Source: Candidatus Heimdallarchaeota archaeon (lineage in GTDB: Archaea > Asgardarchaeota > Heimdallarchaeia > Heimdallarchaeales > Heimdallarchaeaceae). Taken from it: a stretch of 64,000 nucleotides of DNA. Each line of letters starts with the position of its first letter. The stretch's first letter is position 1. Below are positions 26,820-37,060 of the stretch, one piece after another. The notes under the pieces were generated by a model. The model saw only the letters and a program-made list of their open reading frames with translations, had not been told where the DNA came from and did no database searches. The position numbers and the translations under genes were made by a program. The stretch spans positions 64,001 through 128,000 of the forward strand of contig JAUVXV010000004.1 of the NCBI GenBank assembly GCA_030603365.1, in the 5' to 3' direction.

Positions 26820-29195
26820 CTAACTATCTTCTAATTCTTTTGCTACAGCATCAGTTATTGTTCTGAATTTGAGGCCTAGCATCATAGATCCTTCAAATTT
26901 CAATTCTTTGGCCATGTAAGCAGATGCAGCGTTAACTGTTCCTGCAAAGATACCACTTGCAATAGAAGGGTCCATACAAATAGTAACATCTGGTTTTTCA
27001 ACTTTACTTTCACCTGTTGAAAACAATCCATTTTCTATCTTTATGTAGAAATGCTTGTCGTCTCCAATTGAAATTTGGAACAATAGATTGTTTTTCTTGT
27101 TCTTCTTTTGTATCTTTTCGTCCTCATTGCAAATTTGTGCTAACAAGTCCAAATAGCTAGGTATGTCCTCATTAGTGAATGTCCGTCTCTTAATCTTTAT
27201 TTTGATTAAAGATTTTAAACCCCCATCTTTTATATCCATTTCATCGGAAAATAACAAATCAGCTTCTGGAGTTTCAACAATAAGACCGAGTTCATAACCT
27301 TCCTGAATTGAATCTAGTATTTTTCTTGGATGGACTTCTTTGCAATCTCCTATCTTGAACACTCTCTTTACATGTTCTTTTACATCATTTTCAATTTCCA
27401 ATGCTGGTTGTACAGAAGTTAAAACTAGTTCATCAAACTCAATTTCTATCTCTTTATTGTTGTGAACTGCAATTATTTTATTCTCTTTTACCTCCTTAAT
27501 GGTTGTTTCAAGCATAATCTCTATTTTATCATCTTCCTCAATTGTAGGAATTACTTCTTTAGCAACTAAAGAATAAATGTCAGTGCCAAGTCTCTTCTTT
27601 TCTGTTATTAAGGTTACATCTTTGTTTGCACATGAAAGGAATTCAGCTAATTCTATACCTATCATATCTCCACCCAAAACAACAATTTTTTGCCCTTTAG
27701 GAACAGAACCATTCAAAATTTCCGAATACATTTGGTATTTAGTTCTACCAATTCCCTCTATGTCCGGTAATTTGGGTGAAATGCCTGTGGCCAATATAAC
27801 GGTGTCTGGATCATATTCCATCAAAATTTCCTTTGAGAATGGAGTATTTCGTTTAATATCTATTTGGAGCTTATCAGTAATGAAACCATAATATTCAATT
27901 AAATTCTGAACTTCCTTTTTCATAGGCGCAATTTTTGCATAATTTAATGACCCTCCTATAAACGATTCCTTCTCAATTACAATAACATCATGTCCTCTAA
28001 GTTTAGCTATTCTAGAAAACTCTAAACCTGCGGGACCACTTCCTACTACTAATATCTTTTGAGGATTTACTGTTTTTCCTATTATCTCATCACCTGCTAT
28101 AAGATTTGGATTGATTGAACAAAGAACCTGTTGCTCAGTCATTATTTGATTGAGACAAGCATTGCACCCTATACAAGTTCTAATAGTTTCAACTTGTTTG
28201 TCTTTTATTCTATTAGGGAACTCAGGGTCTGCGATCAAAGCTCGACCTATAGCTACTAAATCTGCTTTATTGTTTTGAAGAATGTCTTCTGCTACGTCGG
28301 GGGTGTTTATCCTTCCGACAACAGCAACTGTAGTATTTTCTAGTGCTTTTTTTACCAAACTTGCATTATGAACAAAACAACCTCTTGGGTAGTTCATATA
28401 AGGAACAACTGGGAATCTGGGGCTATCAAAGACTCCACCTGTGATGTTAAATAGATCTACTCCTTCCTTTTCTAGAATCTTCGAAATTTGAATAACGTCT
28501 TCAACTTCTAATCCTTCTGGAATATAATCACTACCATTTAATCTAAACCCTATAATGAAATCAGTTCCACACTTTTTCCTCACTTCTCTAATAATCTCAA
28601 CAGCTGCTCTAGTTCTATTCTCAAAGTTTTGTCCTCCATATTCATCATCTCGTTTATTAGTTCTTAGAGAAAAGAATTGGTTGAGTAAATACCCATGCCC
28701 TGCATGTATTTCTGCACCATCAAAACCAGCTTTTTTAGCTCTTAAACAAGCTTCCCCATATCCTTTAACAATTTTAGAAAGTTGCTTTCTTGTTAACGCT
28801 ATTGGTGTTTCTCCTGCCATCTCAAAAGTTATAGCTGATGGAGCAACAGCTTGAAGACCAATCATATACGATGATGCTTGGGCCCCTGCATGATATATTT
28901 GGATGAGAGCATGAGTGTCATGTTTTTTTATTGTATCTACTAATTCCTTGAACTTTCCAATCCTCTTGTTACTATCAATACTGAGCATTGTAGCAGTTCC
29001 GGCACCTCTCTTGTCGAAGTATGCACCTTCTACAATAATTAAACCAACACCACCTTTGGCTCTAAGTTCATAGTAGTCAATTAATTTATCAGGAACATTT
29101 CCCTCCTCATCACCAAAATTTGTATCCATTCCTGGCATGATGATGCGGTTCTTTAGCTTTGTTTTATTGATTATAATTGGTTCAAACAGTTTCAT
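26820..29195 (-). CDS. OYE-family NADH:flavin oxidoreductase (FMN, 4Fe-4S, FAD) with a C-terminal SCP2 domain
   Basis: 'EIHAGHGYLLNQF', 'NKRDDEYGG', 'CIGCNAC...CSINP', 'GSGPAG'; SCP2-type 'PDVTI...AYMAKELKFEGSMM'. Confidence 0.88.
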   Translation of the reverse strand: MKLFEPIIINKTKLKNRIIMPGMDTNFGDEEGNVPDKLIDYYELRAKGGVGLIIVEGAYFDKRGAGTATMLSIDSNKRIGKFKELVDTIKKHDTHALIQIYHAGAQASSYMIGLQAVAPSAITFEMAGETPIALTRKQLSKIVKGYGEACLRAKKAGFDGAEIHAGHGYLLNQFFSLRTNKRDDEYGGQNFENRTRAAVEIIREVRKKCGTDFIIGFRLNGSDYIPEGLEVEDVIQISKILEKEGVDLFNITGGVFDSPRFPVVPYMNYPRGCFVHNASLVKKALENTTVAVVGRINTPDVAEDILQNNKADLVAIGRALIADPEFPNRIKDKQVETIRTCIGCNACLNQIMTEQQVLCSINPNLIAGDEIIGKTVNPQKILVVGSGPAGLEFSRIAKLRGHDVIVIEKESFIGGSLNYAKIAPMKKEVQNLIEYYGFITDKLQIDIKRNTPFSKEILMEYDPDTVILATGISPKLPDIEGIGRTKYQMYSEILNGSVPKGQKIVVLGGDMIGIELAEFLSCANKDVTLITEKKRLGTDIYSLVAKEVIPTIEEDDKIEIMLETTIKEVKENKIIAVHNNKEIEIEFDELVLTSVQPALEIENDVKEHVKRVFKIGDCKEVHPRKILDSIQEGYELGLIVETPEADLLFSDEMDIKDGGLKSLIKIKIKRRTFTNEDIPSYLDLLAQICNEDEKIQKKNKKNNLLFQISIGDDKHFYIKIENGLFSTGESKVEKPDVTICMDPSIASGIFAGTVNAASAYMAKELKFEGSMMLGLKFRTITDAVAKELEDS

Positions 29196-29309
29196 CTGAT
29201 ATTTCTCCCTGTACAGCAAAAAATAAGAAGTAAGTTGAATAAAAATATTTGTTGTATATCCGGTCAATAAAGTTAAAGTATCGTTTTATTCTAAATATCA
29301 TGATACTAG

Positions 29310-30392
29310 ATGGCTGACGAAATTCCTCTTTTTAGGAAATATCCGAAATTAAGAAGTATTCCTTGGGTTTCTGTCATTAATTCCCCTACTCCAATTCACA
29401 AAATGGAACAAACAAGTAAAGAACTTAATCATAAAGCGATTTGGGTTAAGAGAGATGATTTGACACACGATATATACGGGGGAAATAAACCAAGAAAATA
29501 TGAGTTTGTCTTTGCAAATATATTGAAGAAAAATAAGAAAAGAATACTTACACAAGGAGCAATAGGCACAAATCATGGTTTGGCTACAACAGTCCATGCA
29601 AAGAGATTTGGTTTAGAGACTCATTTATATTTACTAGAACAAAAACTATCTCAAACTGTGATAGAAAATCTTCTTTGTCATCATTACTTTGGTGCAAAAC
29701 TAAATTTAATGAAAAACAAGAATCATAGAAAACTGGCAATAAAAACAAAACTATTCTTTGATAGAAAAGCGTATTTTGTTACTACAGGTGCAAGTTCCCC
29801 CTTGGGAACACTAGGTTTTGTAAATGCTGCATTTGAACTTAAAGACCAAATAGATGACAAAACAATTTCTGAGCCCGATAGATTGTTTGTGACTGTTGGT
29901 TCTCTTGCTACTTGTGCAGGGTTAGTTCTAGGTTTAGAATTAGCACAGGTAAAAACACAAATTGTAGGTATAGGTGTAACCGACCCTTCCTGGAGTTCTA
30001 AGAAAGCTACAATAGAGTTAGCTTCCAAAGCTTTGGAGATTATGAGAAAAGAAGACCCCTCTATTCCAGATGTATCAAACGAATTAGAAAAGCGATTAGT
30101 TGTAGATCATTCTTATTTTGGAGGTCAATATGGTGTTCCTACAGATGAAGCATTGGAAGCAATTGAAATAGCAAAGAAAGATAAACTTAAGCTAGAATAC
30201 GTATATACAGGTAAAACGCTTAGTGGTCTTATTGATTACATTAGGAAAGAAAAGATTTCAAAAAATGAAGTGGTTGTTTTCTGGAATTCAAAAAGTTCTG
30301 CTGATTTGACAGATTTTGCAAATGAAGTTAAACACCAAGATTTACCTAGAAAGTTTCACAAATTCTTTGAAGATTCAACCCAGATATCTTAA
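29310..30392 (+). CDS. PLP-dependent D-cysteine desulfhydrase/ACC deaminase family protein
   Basis: 'PTPI', 'VKRDD..GGNKPRK', 'TNH', 'EYVYTGK'. Confidence 0.88.
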   Translation: MADEIPLFRKYPKLRSIPWVSVINSPTPIHKMEQTSKELNHKAIWVKRDDLTHDIYGGNKPRKYEFVFANILKKNKKRILTQGAIGTNHGLATTVHAKRFGLETHLYLLEQKLSQTVIENLLCHHYFGAKLNLMKNKNHRKLAIKTKLFFDRKAYFVTTGASSPLGTLGFVNAAFELKDQIDDKTISEPDRLFVTVGSLATCAGLVLGLELAQVKTQIVGIGVTDPSWSSKKATIELASKALEIMRKEDPSIPDVSNELEKRLVVDHSYFGGQYGVPTDEALEAIEIAKKDKLKLEYVYTGKTLSGLIDYIRKEKISKNEVVVFWNSKSSADLTDFANEVKHQDLPRKFHKFFEDSTQIS

Positions 30393-30596
30393 AGACCACA
30401 AAGATAAATTGGTGTTGAGAATCAACATACCTCGAACAATCATCAATCAGACAGGGGTAACCAAATCATTTTCTCAACAAGTATCGATTCTATGAAAAAA
30501 TATAATGTTTTGGTTTGATAATAAAAAATTCTTTTGTGGAATAAAATCAATCAAGGAAATTGTTTTTGGGTAATTTAGCTTCTTGAAACAAAAAAA

Positions 30597-31208
30597 TCAT
30601 TCTCCTCTCTTATCATATTCCGATTTTAACATTCCATAATGAAATAACCCAAAACGTTTGTTTTCTTCAATACTACATTCCCTTAAGTGCCCCTCCTCGA
30701 TAAAATTTAGCCGTTCTGCAAGTTTGATACTTTCTGCATTTGTATCTCTTGTAATTAAAATAATTTTATGAGCATTCAATTTACTAAAAATAAAGTCCAT
30801 ACTCCGTTTTACAGCTTCTGTTGCATATCCTTTCTTTGTGTAACCTTGATCAAGATAATATCCGATTTCAAATGATGGCACTTCCCACTTTTTTGGTTCA
30901 ATCCAGATGTTACCAATAAAATAATTCGTTTCCTTTAACCAGATACCCATAACAAATCTGTTTCGATTAATAAAATCTGCAGCTAATGAACACTCACGAA
31001 TTTCAGCCTCTTCTAAGGTTTGAACATTCGTTGCTTCATCAACATGCTCTTTTAGAAACTCTCGATTGTTGTTTCGTTCTAGCAAATTGAATAATCCTTT
31101 ACCATCTCCCTTCTCAAATTTTCTGATAACCAATCTTTCTGTTGTAATTTCAGTAGGTAAATCGAGGAGTTTCTTTTGTATTTCTTTTTTCATATTAATC
31201 GTATTCAT
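30597..31208 (-). CDS. GNAT N-acetyltransferase (RimJ/RimL type)
   Basis: 'TERLVIR', 'EIGYYL...KGYATEA', 'NAESIKLAERLNF..EG'. Confidence 0.9.
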   Translation of the reverse strand: MNTINMKKEIQKKLLDLPTEITTERLVIRKFEKGDGKGLFNLLERNNNREFLKEHVDEATNVQTLEEAEIRECSLAADFINRNRFVMGIWLKETNYFIGNIWIEPKKWEVPSFEIGYYLDQGYTKKGYATEAVKRSMDFIFSKLNAHKIILITRDTNAESIKLAERLNFIEEGHLRECSIEENKRFGLFHYGMLKSEYDKRGE

Positions 31209-31312
31209 TTGTAATTATATCATGGGTTTTTATAAATTTCTCAAATATCAAGATAAGAATCCTCAGCGATTCTTTGAACCTTATTTTCTGGACGGAAAGT
31301 ATATGAGATATA

Positions 31313-32098
31313 ATGTTTTCAATCAAATTGAAGGATATGGATACAAAAGACATGAAACTATTCATAGAAAAGATTCCTCTTCTAAAAAAACCATTATATG
31401 TTCTTTTAACGATTTTGTATCTATTAAGCTTAACATCACTGACAGTTTTGTTTTTTTATTTTGCTGACAGAATTGAGTGGTGGGGTCCTATATTATCCCA
31501 AGGGATTATGTGTATAATTGTATCCATTTTAGGGCATTTACATTTCAGATTTGCATCTTTTTACAGAAAGAAATACAAAGACCTTGCATATCAAAGATTC
31601 TTTTTTGTCTTCATCTTACCATATCTAGTTACTTGGTATGGGTGTTTTTTTCATCCTGCTTTCATTACTGGAGATAAGATTCTTCCAATTTGGGCACAAG
31701 TGATACTTGTTGTTGTTTGCTTACTTTTAATGATATCAACTAGTATTCAGATTGAGAAAGCAGGTTTTTCAATGGTAACACATGGAATGGATGTTTTTAC
31801 TGTATTTCCAGAAGAAACAACAATTGTTAGAGGTAAAATTTATTCATTTATCAGACATCCATTATATTTTGCATTATTGATGGGTGGGTTTGCAATGGGT
31901 TTTATCAGCAATACCTGGATTGGATTAGTAATAGCCACCTTCCAAATTATTCCTAGCATTTTGATTGGATTTTGGGAAGATAGAGAATTAATTACACGTG
32001 GTGGTAGTGATCATAAGAAGTACATTAAACAAACTGCTCTTTTATTTCCAATTCGTAAACTACCAGGTTTCTTAAAGTTGTTATTATTAGGTAAATAA
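31313..32098 (+). CDS. Membrane protein, ICMT/PEMT methyltransferase-like
   Basis: Several TM segments; 'IYSFIRHPLY', 'EDREL...Y'. Confidence 0.7.
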   Translation: MFSIKLKDMDTKDMKLFIEKIPLLKKPLYVLLTILYLLSLTSLTVLFFYFADRIEWWGPILSQGIMCIIVSILGHLHFRFASFYRKKYKDLAYQRFFFVFILPYLVTWYGCFFHPAFITGDKILPIWAQVILVVVCLLLMISTSIQIEKAGFSMVTHGMDVFTVFPEETTIVRGKIYSFIRHPLYFALLMGGFAMGFISNTWIGLVIATFQIIPSILIGFWEDRELITRGGSDHKKYIKQTALLFPIRKLPGFLKLLLLGK

Positions 32099-32206
32099 GA
32101 AGCATAGTATCTTATTGTAAGGTCTACTTTACTTTCTAAAAACCCATTTTTCAATAAGGGAGACATTACAAGAAGGTGGACAAAAAAATTGAAAAAAAAG
32201 TAGGTG

Positions 32207-33073
32207 TTAGAACTCAGATATCAAGGCAACAACATCAGGACCTGTGTGTGCAGATATAGTAACACCTGTGCATCTGGTTCTTATTTTAACATCTTTGAAG
32301 TGCTGTTTTATTTGCATCTCCATTCTTCCAGCAAATTCTAGATTATTCCCATGAATAATAATAACTTGTTTTGGAAATCTGGAAAAGTTCTCTGAGGTTA
32401 ATTCTAGAATTTTAAGAATGCCTTCATCTGTTTCTGTGACGGTTGTGGCAACTTCGTTTTTGCCTTCTTCATTAACGATTGTAATTGGTTTCTTCTTTAG
32501 CAGAGTTCCAAAAATGTATTTTGTCACCGAGATTCTGCCTCCTTTACGCAAGAATTTCAATGAAGGAAGAAGTATGTATGTTTTAATGTTTTTAACTTGT
32601 TCTCTTAGTTTCATTACTATTTCATCAGCATTCAAACCTTGTTTTTGTAGTCTCATGCCTTCTTCTATCAACAATACCTCAGAATAAGAAGCATTTAATG
32701 CATCGACAAGGTGAACTTTGATTGTCTCATTTTTCCTTTTAAGCATATTTACACCCAATCGTGCACTGTTAATCGTTCCACTTAAACCTGAACTTAGAGT
32801 TACCACTATTATTTCTTTTACTCCTTCTTTTGCTAGCTCTTCATACATATTAAAGAAATCATTAGGGGTTGGTTGAGCAGTTTTCGCGGAGAAATCGTTA
32901 ACTGAGTCATATTTGCTATAATAAAAATCAAGATCAAAACTTCTATCCTCTTTATGTACAACATCAGCTGCATCACTAAAAGTTACACTCAAAGGAACAA
33001 CTTTTACACCTATCTCATCAGCATAATCAAGATCGATATCTGAACCACTATCTGTAACAAAACCTATCTTCAT
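32207..33073 (-). CDS. DegV/FakB fatty-acid-binding protein
   Basis: 'VTDSGSD', 'KTAQP', 'LSSGLSGT', 'LRKGGRIS', 'AHTGP'. Confidence 0.93.
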   Translation of the reverse strand: MKIGFVTDSGSDIDLDYADEIGVKVVPLSVTFSDAADVVHKEDRSFDLDFYYSKYDSVNDFSAKTAQPTPNDFFNMYEELAKEGVKEIIVVTLSSGLSGTINSARLGVNMLKRKNETIKVHLVDALNASYSEVLLIEEGMRLQKQGLNADEIVMKLREQVKNIKTYILLPSLKFLRKGGRISVTKYIFGTLLKKKPITIVNEEGKNEVATTVTETDEGILKILELTSENFSRFPKQVIIIHGNNLEFAGRMEMQIKQHFKDVKIRTRCTGVTISAHTGPDVVALISEF

Positions 33074-33191
33074 AGATTTTTAATTCCATTCCTTATTTAT
33101 AAAAAGTTCTCCGAAACAAGCGACAGAAAAAAGAAATAGTGGATTGGGAATATGTTTATTAGAGTATTTTGCTTTTTTCCAGTAGAAAGGC

Positions 33192-34052
33192 ATGAAATTC
33201 TTAGTTTCTCATTATGATGATATTAATCAAATACCCGAAATTGTAGATTCTTATCTGAACCAACAGCCTGTTATAAATTTTGAATCAATAGGTATGCTTG
33301 AACAGTTAAGAGAAAATCCTCAAACATTTGATGGGATTCTAGAATGTATAGTTGTTTCTCTAAACAGAGAAATCCAAATTGTAACTTGTAGAATTAGACC
33401 CCATAACATTTTAATTTCTCATTCAAAAAATAGAAGTTCAATTTCTACATTAACTGAGTATTTCATAGAAACTGAAATTTCAATACCAGGAATTTATGGT
33501 CCATTGGTAGAGGTAGAACAGTTTACCAATATCTGGAAAGAGCTTTCAGGAGAAGAATTTCGAACTTCTGATGAGTTTTTACAGTATTCATTGAACAATT
33601 TGAAAATTTCATCACATCTTATTGGCGACATCTCAACTGCAAAACATGAACAAAAAGAGCTTCTAGAAGGTTGGACGAAGGAAAGCATCAGAGAGATTAT
33701 ACCTGATTCAACAGATGAATTTGTTCTTTCATGTACCACTTCTTTCCTCAAATTGCTTAATCTAAACAACGTATTTGTTTTAACAGTAGAGAATTTACCT
33801 GTTTCAATGGCAGCAATTTCAGGTCAAACAAAAACAATGCAAGCCATTAACGATGTATATACCCCACCTGAATTTCGTGGAAAGGGATTTGCAACGGAAT
33901 TGTGTGTATTCTTATGTGATTATATCTTGAATGACTGCAAAAATACTCCTGTCTTGTGGGTAAAAGCAACAAATCATGCAGCTATTCATATTTATGAAAA
34001 GATAGGATTTGAAAAAGTTGCAGAGATGACATTAAATCTGAAACAAAATTAA
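33192..34052 (+). CDS. GNAT acetyltransferase with C-terminal GNAT domain
   Basis: 'VYTPPEFRGKGFA', 'NHAAIHIYEKIGF'. Confidence 0.88.
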   Translation: MKFLVSHYDDINQIPEIVDSYLNQQPVINFESIGMLEQLRENPQTFDGILECIVVSLNREIQIVTCRIRPHNILISHSKNRSSISTLTEYFIETEISIPGIYGPLVEVEQFTNIWKELSGEEFRTSDEFLQYSLNNLKISSHLIGDISTAKHEQKELLEGWTKESIREIIPDSTDEFVLSCTTSFLKLLNLNNVFVLTVENLPVSMAAISGQTKTMQAINDVYTPPEFRGKGFATELCVFLCDYILNDCKNTPVLWVKATNHAAIHIYEKIGFEKVAEMTLNLKQN

Positions 34053-34058
34053 GAATTC

Positions 34059-34189
34059 TGGTGGCCGGACCGTGATTTTCAGCGTTTCAGAACGCATCTG
34101 AAACTTTTTGAACACGGGATCACCTGGTGTTTTGCCCTTTTTTTAGAAGGTCCCAAACCAGGGGCCATACCAAGCTAGACCATCCGGCC
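34059..34189 (-). tRNA. tRNA-Pro(TGG) with two introns: 34129-34151 (37/38) and 34076-34106 (T-loop, 59/60)
   Basis: Acceptor GGCCGGA/TCCGGCC. Both introns form BHB motifs (central helices TTTG/CAAA and TTCA/TGAA with 3-nt bulges). Confidence 0.9.
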
Positions 34190-34251
34190 AGTAATTCTAC
34201 ACTATCTGCCTTCCCCTCATCTAATTAAGCTTTTCGTTCTTGTTACTCCAT

Positions 34252-35802
34252 TCAATCAAACATCGCTCTGTTTTGTAACATTAGAATTATGTCTTCTATC
34301 AACCAATTGTTGACTTGAAGCCACAGATTGTTAGTTATAAAATCTGCAACTACTTGATCAGCTGTAAATGGTTTACTCATTACACTAGGTGGATAATCAG
34401 CTCTATCTCTATCATATGCTCCAAAATTGTGACTTATCTCGTGCTGAACCAAGTTCTCTGCCCAATCAGCTACTATTCCTATCCAACTATAATCACCTAA
34501 TTCTTCAGATTCAGCAAAATGAAAAGCAGCATTCCTTTCATAATAAGCAAAACCGAAATGTTCAGAGGTTTGGTTTGAGAAACTTGTAAATAAATCAAAA
34601 CCATGATTGTCTGGTGATCGACCATATTCAACATCCCAACTACCCTCTAAACCTAGTAATTCCCCTGCTGTTTCAAGAGCGATAGTGCCTACCACACCCA
34701 TACTCACATCTTTAGGATGCCAAGGAAGTTCAACAACTGGTATGAGCTTAATGCCAAAGTCTTTCTCAAAAAGATATGAAGTTTCATACATTGTAGTAAA
34801 AAGATCATTTCTTGCGACTTCTTTTCCAGAAATCTCCCAATTATCATTTAACATTAGAACGAACACCCTATGTTCATATTGAAGAATAGACATATCATCA
34901 AGATACACATGGGTTGAGTTATCTGCATAGACGAATACAAATTGTAGAGCAACATATGATAATCCATCGCCCTCACCAAAATGAATCAGCTGATTCTGTG
35001 GCGACGTACTGTCTAAGATTAAAGACATGTTCGATTTAATTCCATCTATAAACAAATTAACTTCAATTGAACTATTGGTGCTCTCTATTTGTTGGTTAAA
35101 GGATAAATAATGACTGTTAGTTAGATTTACAGTTTGAGAGATACTTATCCAAGTTGAGTTTCCGGGCTCAATAGTCTCAATATTGGTAAAGCGAACACAG
35201 TTACCATCTAAAGAAGGGTGAGTAGAAATCCCCGCAACAGCTTTATCATCTTGTATGTCGCCTTCCCAGTTGTTTAGATATCCACTGAAGTCCCCGTTGA
35301 CTATCTGTTCAACCTCGATTTGGTTAGTAACATTTAGAGAGAAATCTATGTTTTCTTTTATCTCTGCAACTCTATTTTCAAATGTAACCCCAAAAGAATA
35401 AATATTGTATTCTCCAATATTCAGTGCAAATAATCCTGTTGATATGTTAAGTAAAGGTCCCATCTCAACTGAAGCAACTTGTGACCCTCGAGTAATCTCC
35501 TGGTTTAACTCATAGATGATAGAACCTTTTAAAGAATAAGCATCAGATGAAATACCTATCTCTACTGATTTAATAACTGCCTTTTCTGTTCCCTCTAGTT
35601 CTATTTCAAATGTAATAGGAACTGTTTCTCCTTTTATCTTTTCCAAAGGCATTGAAATAAAAATCAATTCAGCATTTCCAGAAAAATAGTTGTTTATTAT
35701 CATATCTGTAAGAAAATATCCTCCTATCCCTACGCCTAACATTCCAATAAAAATCAGACCAATTAAGGCAGTTCTTCTCATCTTGTAGTCACTAAAATAC
35801 AA
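34252..35802 (-). CDS. Membrane-anchored metzincin-type metallopeptidase with a CBM-like beta-sandwich
   Basis: N-terminal TM; 'IVNGDFS....W' CBM-like start; 'HEISHNFGAYD' (HExxHxxGxxD) and Met-turn 'SVMS'. Confidence 0.7.
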   Translation of the reverse strand: MYFSDYKMRRTALIGLIFIGMLGVGIGGYFLTDMIINNYFSGNAELIFISMPLEKIKGETVPITFEIELEGTEKAVIKSVEIGISSDAYSLKGSIIYELNQEITRGSQVASVEMGPLLNISTGLFALNIGEYNIYSFGVTFENRVAEIKENIDFSLNVTNQIEVEQIVNGDFSGYLNNWEGDIQDDKAVAGISTHPSLDGNCVRFTNIETIEPGNSTWISISQTVNLTNSHYLSFNQQIESTNSSIEVNLFIDGIKSNMSLILDSTSPQNQLIHFGEGDGLSYVALQFVFVYADNSTHVYLDDMSILQYEHRVFVLMLNDNWEISGKEVARNDLFTTMYETSYLFEKDFGIKLIPVVELPWHPKDVSMGVVGTIALETAGELLGLEGSWDVEYGRSPDNHGFDLFTSFSNQTSEHFGFAYYERNAAFHFAESEELGDYSWIGIVADWAENLVQHEISHNFGAYDRDRADYPPSVMSKPFTADQVVADFITNNLWLQVNNWLIEDIILMLQNRAMFD

Positions 35803-35854
35803 TTACATGAACCATTAAATATTCTTTGTATTGTAAAAAAAGAAAAAGAAAAAC

Positions 35855-36568
35855 TTATACTTTTTCTGCAGCTACTTCTGCTTTCTCCCCCATTCTTCTT
35901 TCTGTACCTGTAAGTAGTCTTTTGATATTAGCTTTATGTCTCCAGAAAACAAGAACGACCATAATAGAATTTACTATTAGAGCCCATAAACTATTGTTAA
36001 ACCAGAAATCATTTCCTGCAAATATCCAATATAATGGTGGGGATAATAAAGCAACTGTGAGATTCGAGAGAGACATAAGTTTGGTTGTTTTAAGTAATAC
36101 AAACCAGATTATCATGATACAAATGAAGGGGATGGGATTAACTCCTAACAAAGCACCTGCTCCAACAGCAGCAGATTTTCCTCCTTTGAATTTTAACCAA
36201 ATAGGATAACTATGACCAATAACAGCCATGAAAGATACAAGAGCAAGTAGAAATCCTCTATCAAGTAACTGAGGAAATTCAACACCTGTATTGGTTGAGA
36301 AACCCGAATAATTGTCACCTACTACCCAAAGATAAATTCTTGCCAATAGAACTGCGATAGCTCCTTTGGTCATATCAAGAACCATCGTTAGAAGACCTGC
36401 CTTTTTACCAAGTGTTCTCATGACATTGGCTGTTCCCATATTACCTGAACCATAATCACGAATATCAATTCCACGACCAATTTTTCCAACCAAATATGCA
36501 ACTGGAATAGAACCGAAGAAATATCCTAGAACAACTAATACGATTTCATAAATAATCTCGTTAGCCAT
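35855..36568 (-). CDS. plsY: Glycerol-3-phosphate acyltransferase PlsY
   Basis: 'GSIP', 'DIRDYGSGNMGTANVMR', 'DMTKG', 'GHSYPIWLKFKGGKS', 'RHKANIKRLLTGTE'. Confidence 0.93.
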   Translation of the reverse strand: MANEIIYEIVLVVLGYFFGSIPVAYLVGKIGRGIDIRDYGSGNMGTANVMRTLGKKAGLLTMVLDMTKGAIAVLLARIYLWVVGDNYSGFSTNTGVEFPQLLDRGFLLALVSFMAVIGHSYPIWLKFKGGKSAAVGAGALLGVNPIPFICIMIIWFVLLKTTKLMSLSNLTVALLSPPLYWIFAGNDFWFNNSLWALIVNSIMVVLVFWRHKANIKRLLTGTERRMGEKAEVAAEKV

Positions 36569-36657
36569 AAAAGAAAGAATTCAGACTTTTATTTAAAATT
36601 TGTCAGAAATAGCTAAGACTAGAAAAACAAATTAAAATAAAAAAGAGAGAGAGATTT

Positions 36658-36891
36658 TTATTTCTCAACACAGATCATGGTCATAGTACTACGTACATTC
36701 TCTAATGCTCGCAGATTCTCTGTAACAATTTTCTTTAACTCATCCATTGTATCTGCTTCTATTTTTGCAATTAAGTCATAAACGCCGTAAACCACATGCG
36801 CTTCACCAACATTTGGTAGAGACATAAGTTGGTCGAGTACGCTCTTTTCTTCTCCAATCTCACTATTTATCAAGATGAATGCAGTTGCCAT
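36658..36891 (-). CDS. Stand-alone Lrp/AsnC ligand-binding (RAM) domain protein
   Basis: 'AFILIN...VYGVYDLIAKIEA...VRSTMTMI'. Confidence 0.9.
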   Translation of the reverse strand: MATAFILINSEIGEEKSVLDQLMSLPNVGEAHVVYGVYDLIAKIEADTMDELKKIVTENLRALENVRSTMTMICVEK

Positions 36892-37060
36892 TAGGAATTC
36901 ACCAACAGAATGTATGTATTGGCGTTTAATAAACTTTGTTCAGAAGTGTTTAAATTAGAATGAAAAATTTCAATAGAAATTCAATTTACCAGATGCCTTG
37001 ACTGATGGTTTTGGGACAAAACAGCTGTATTTTATATGTTTAAATATACGATTATATAGA

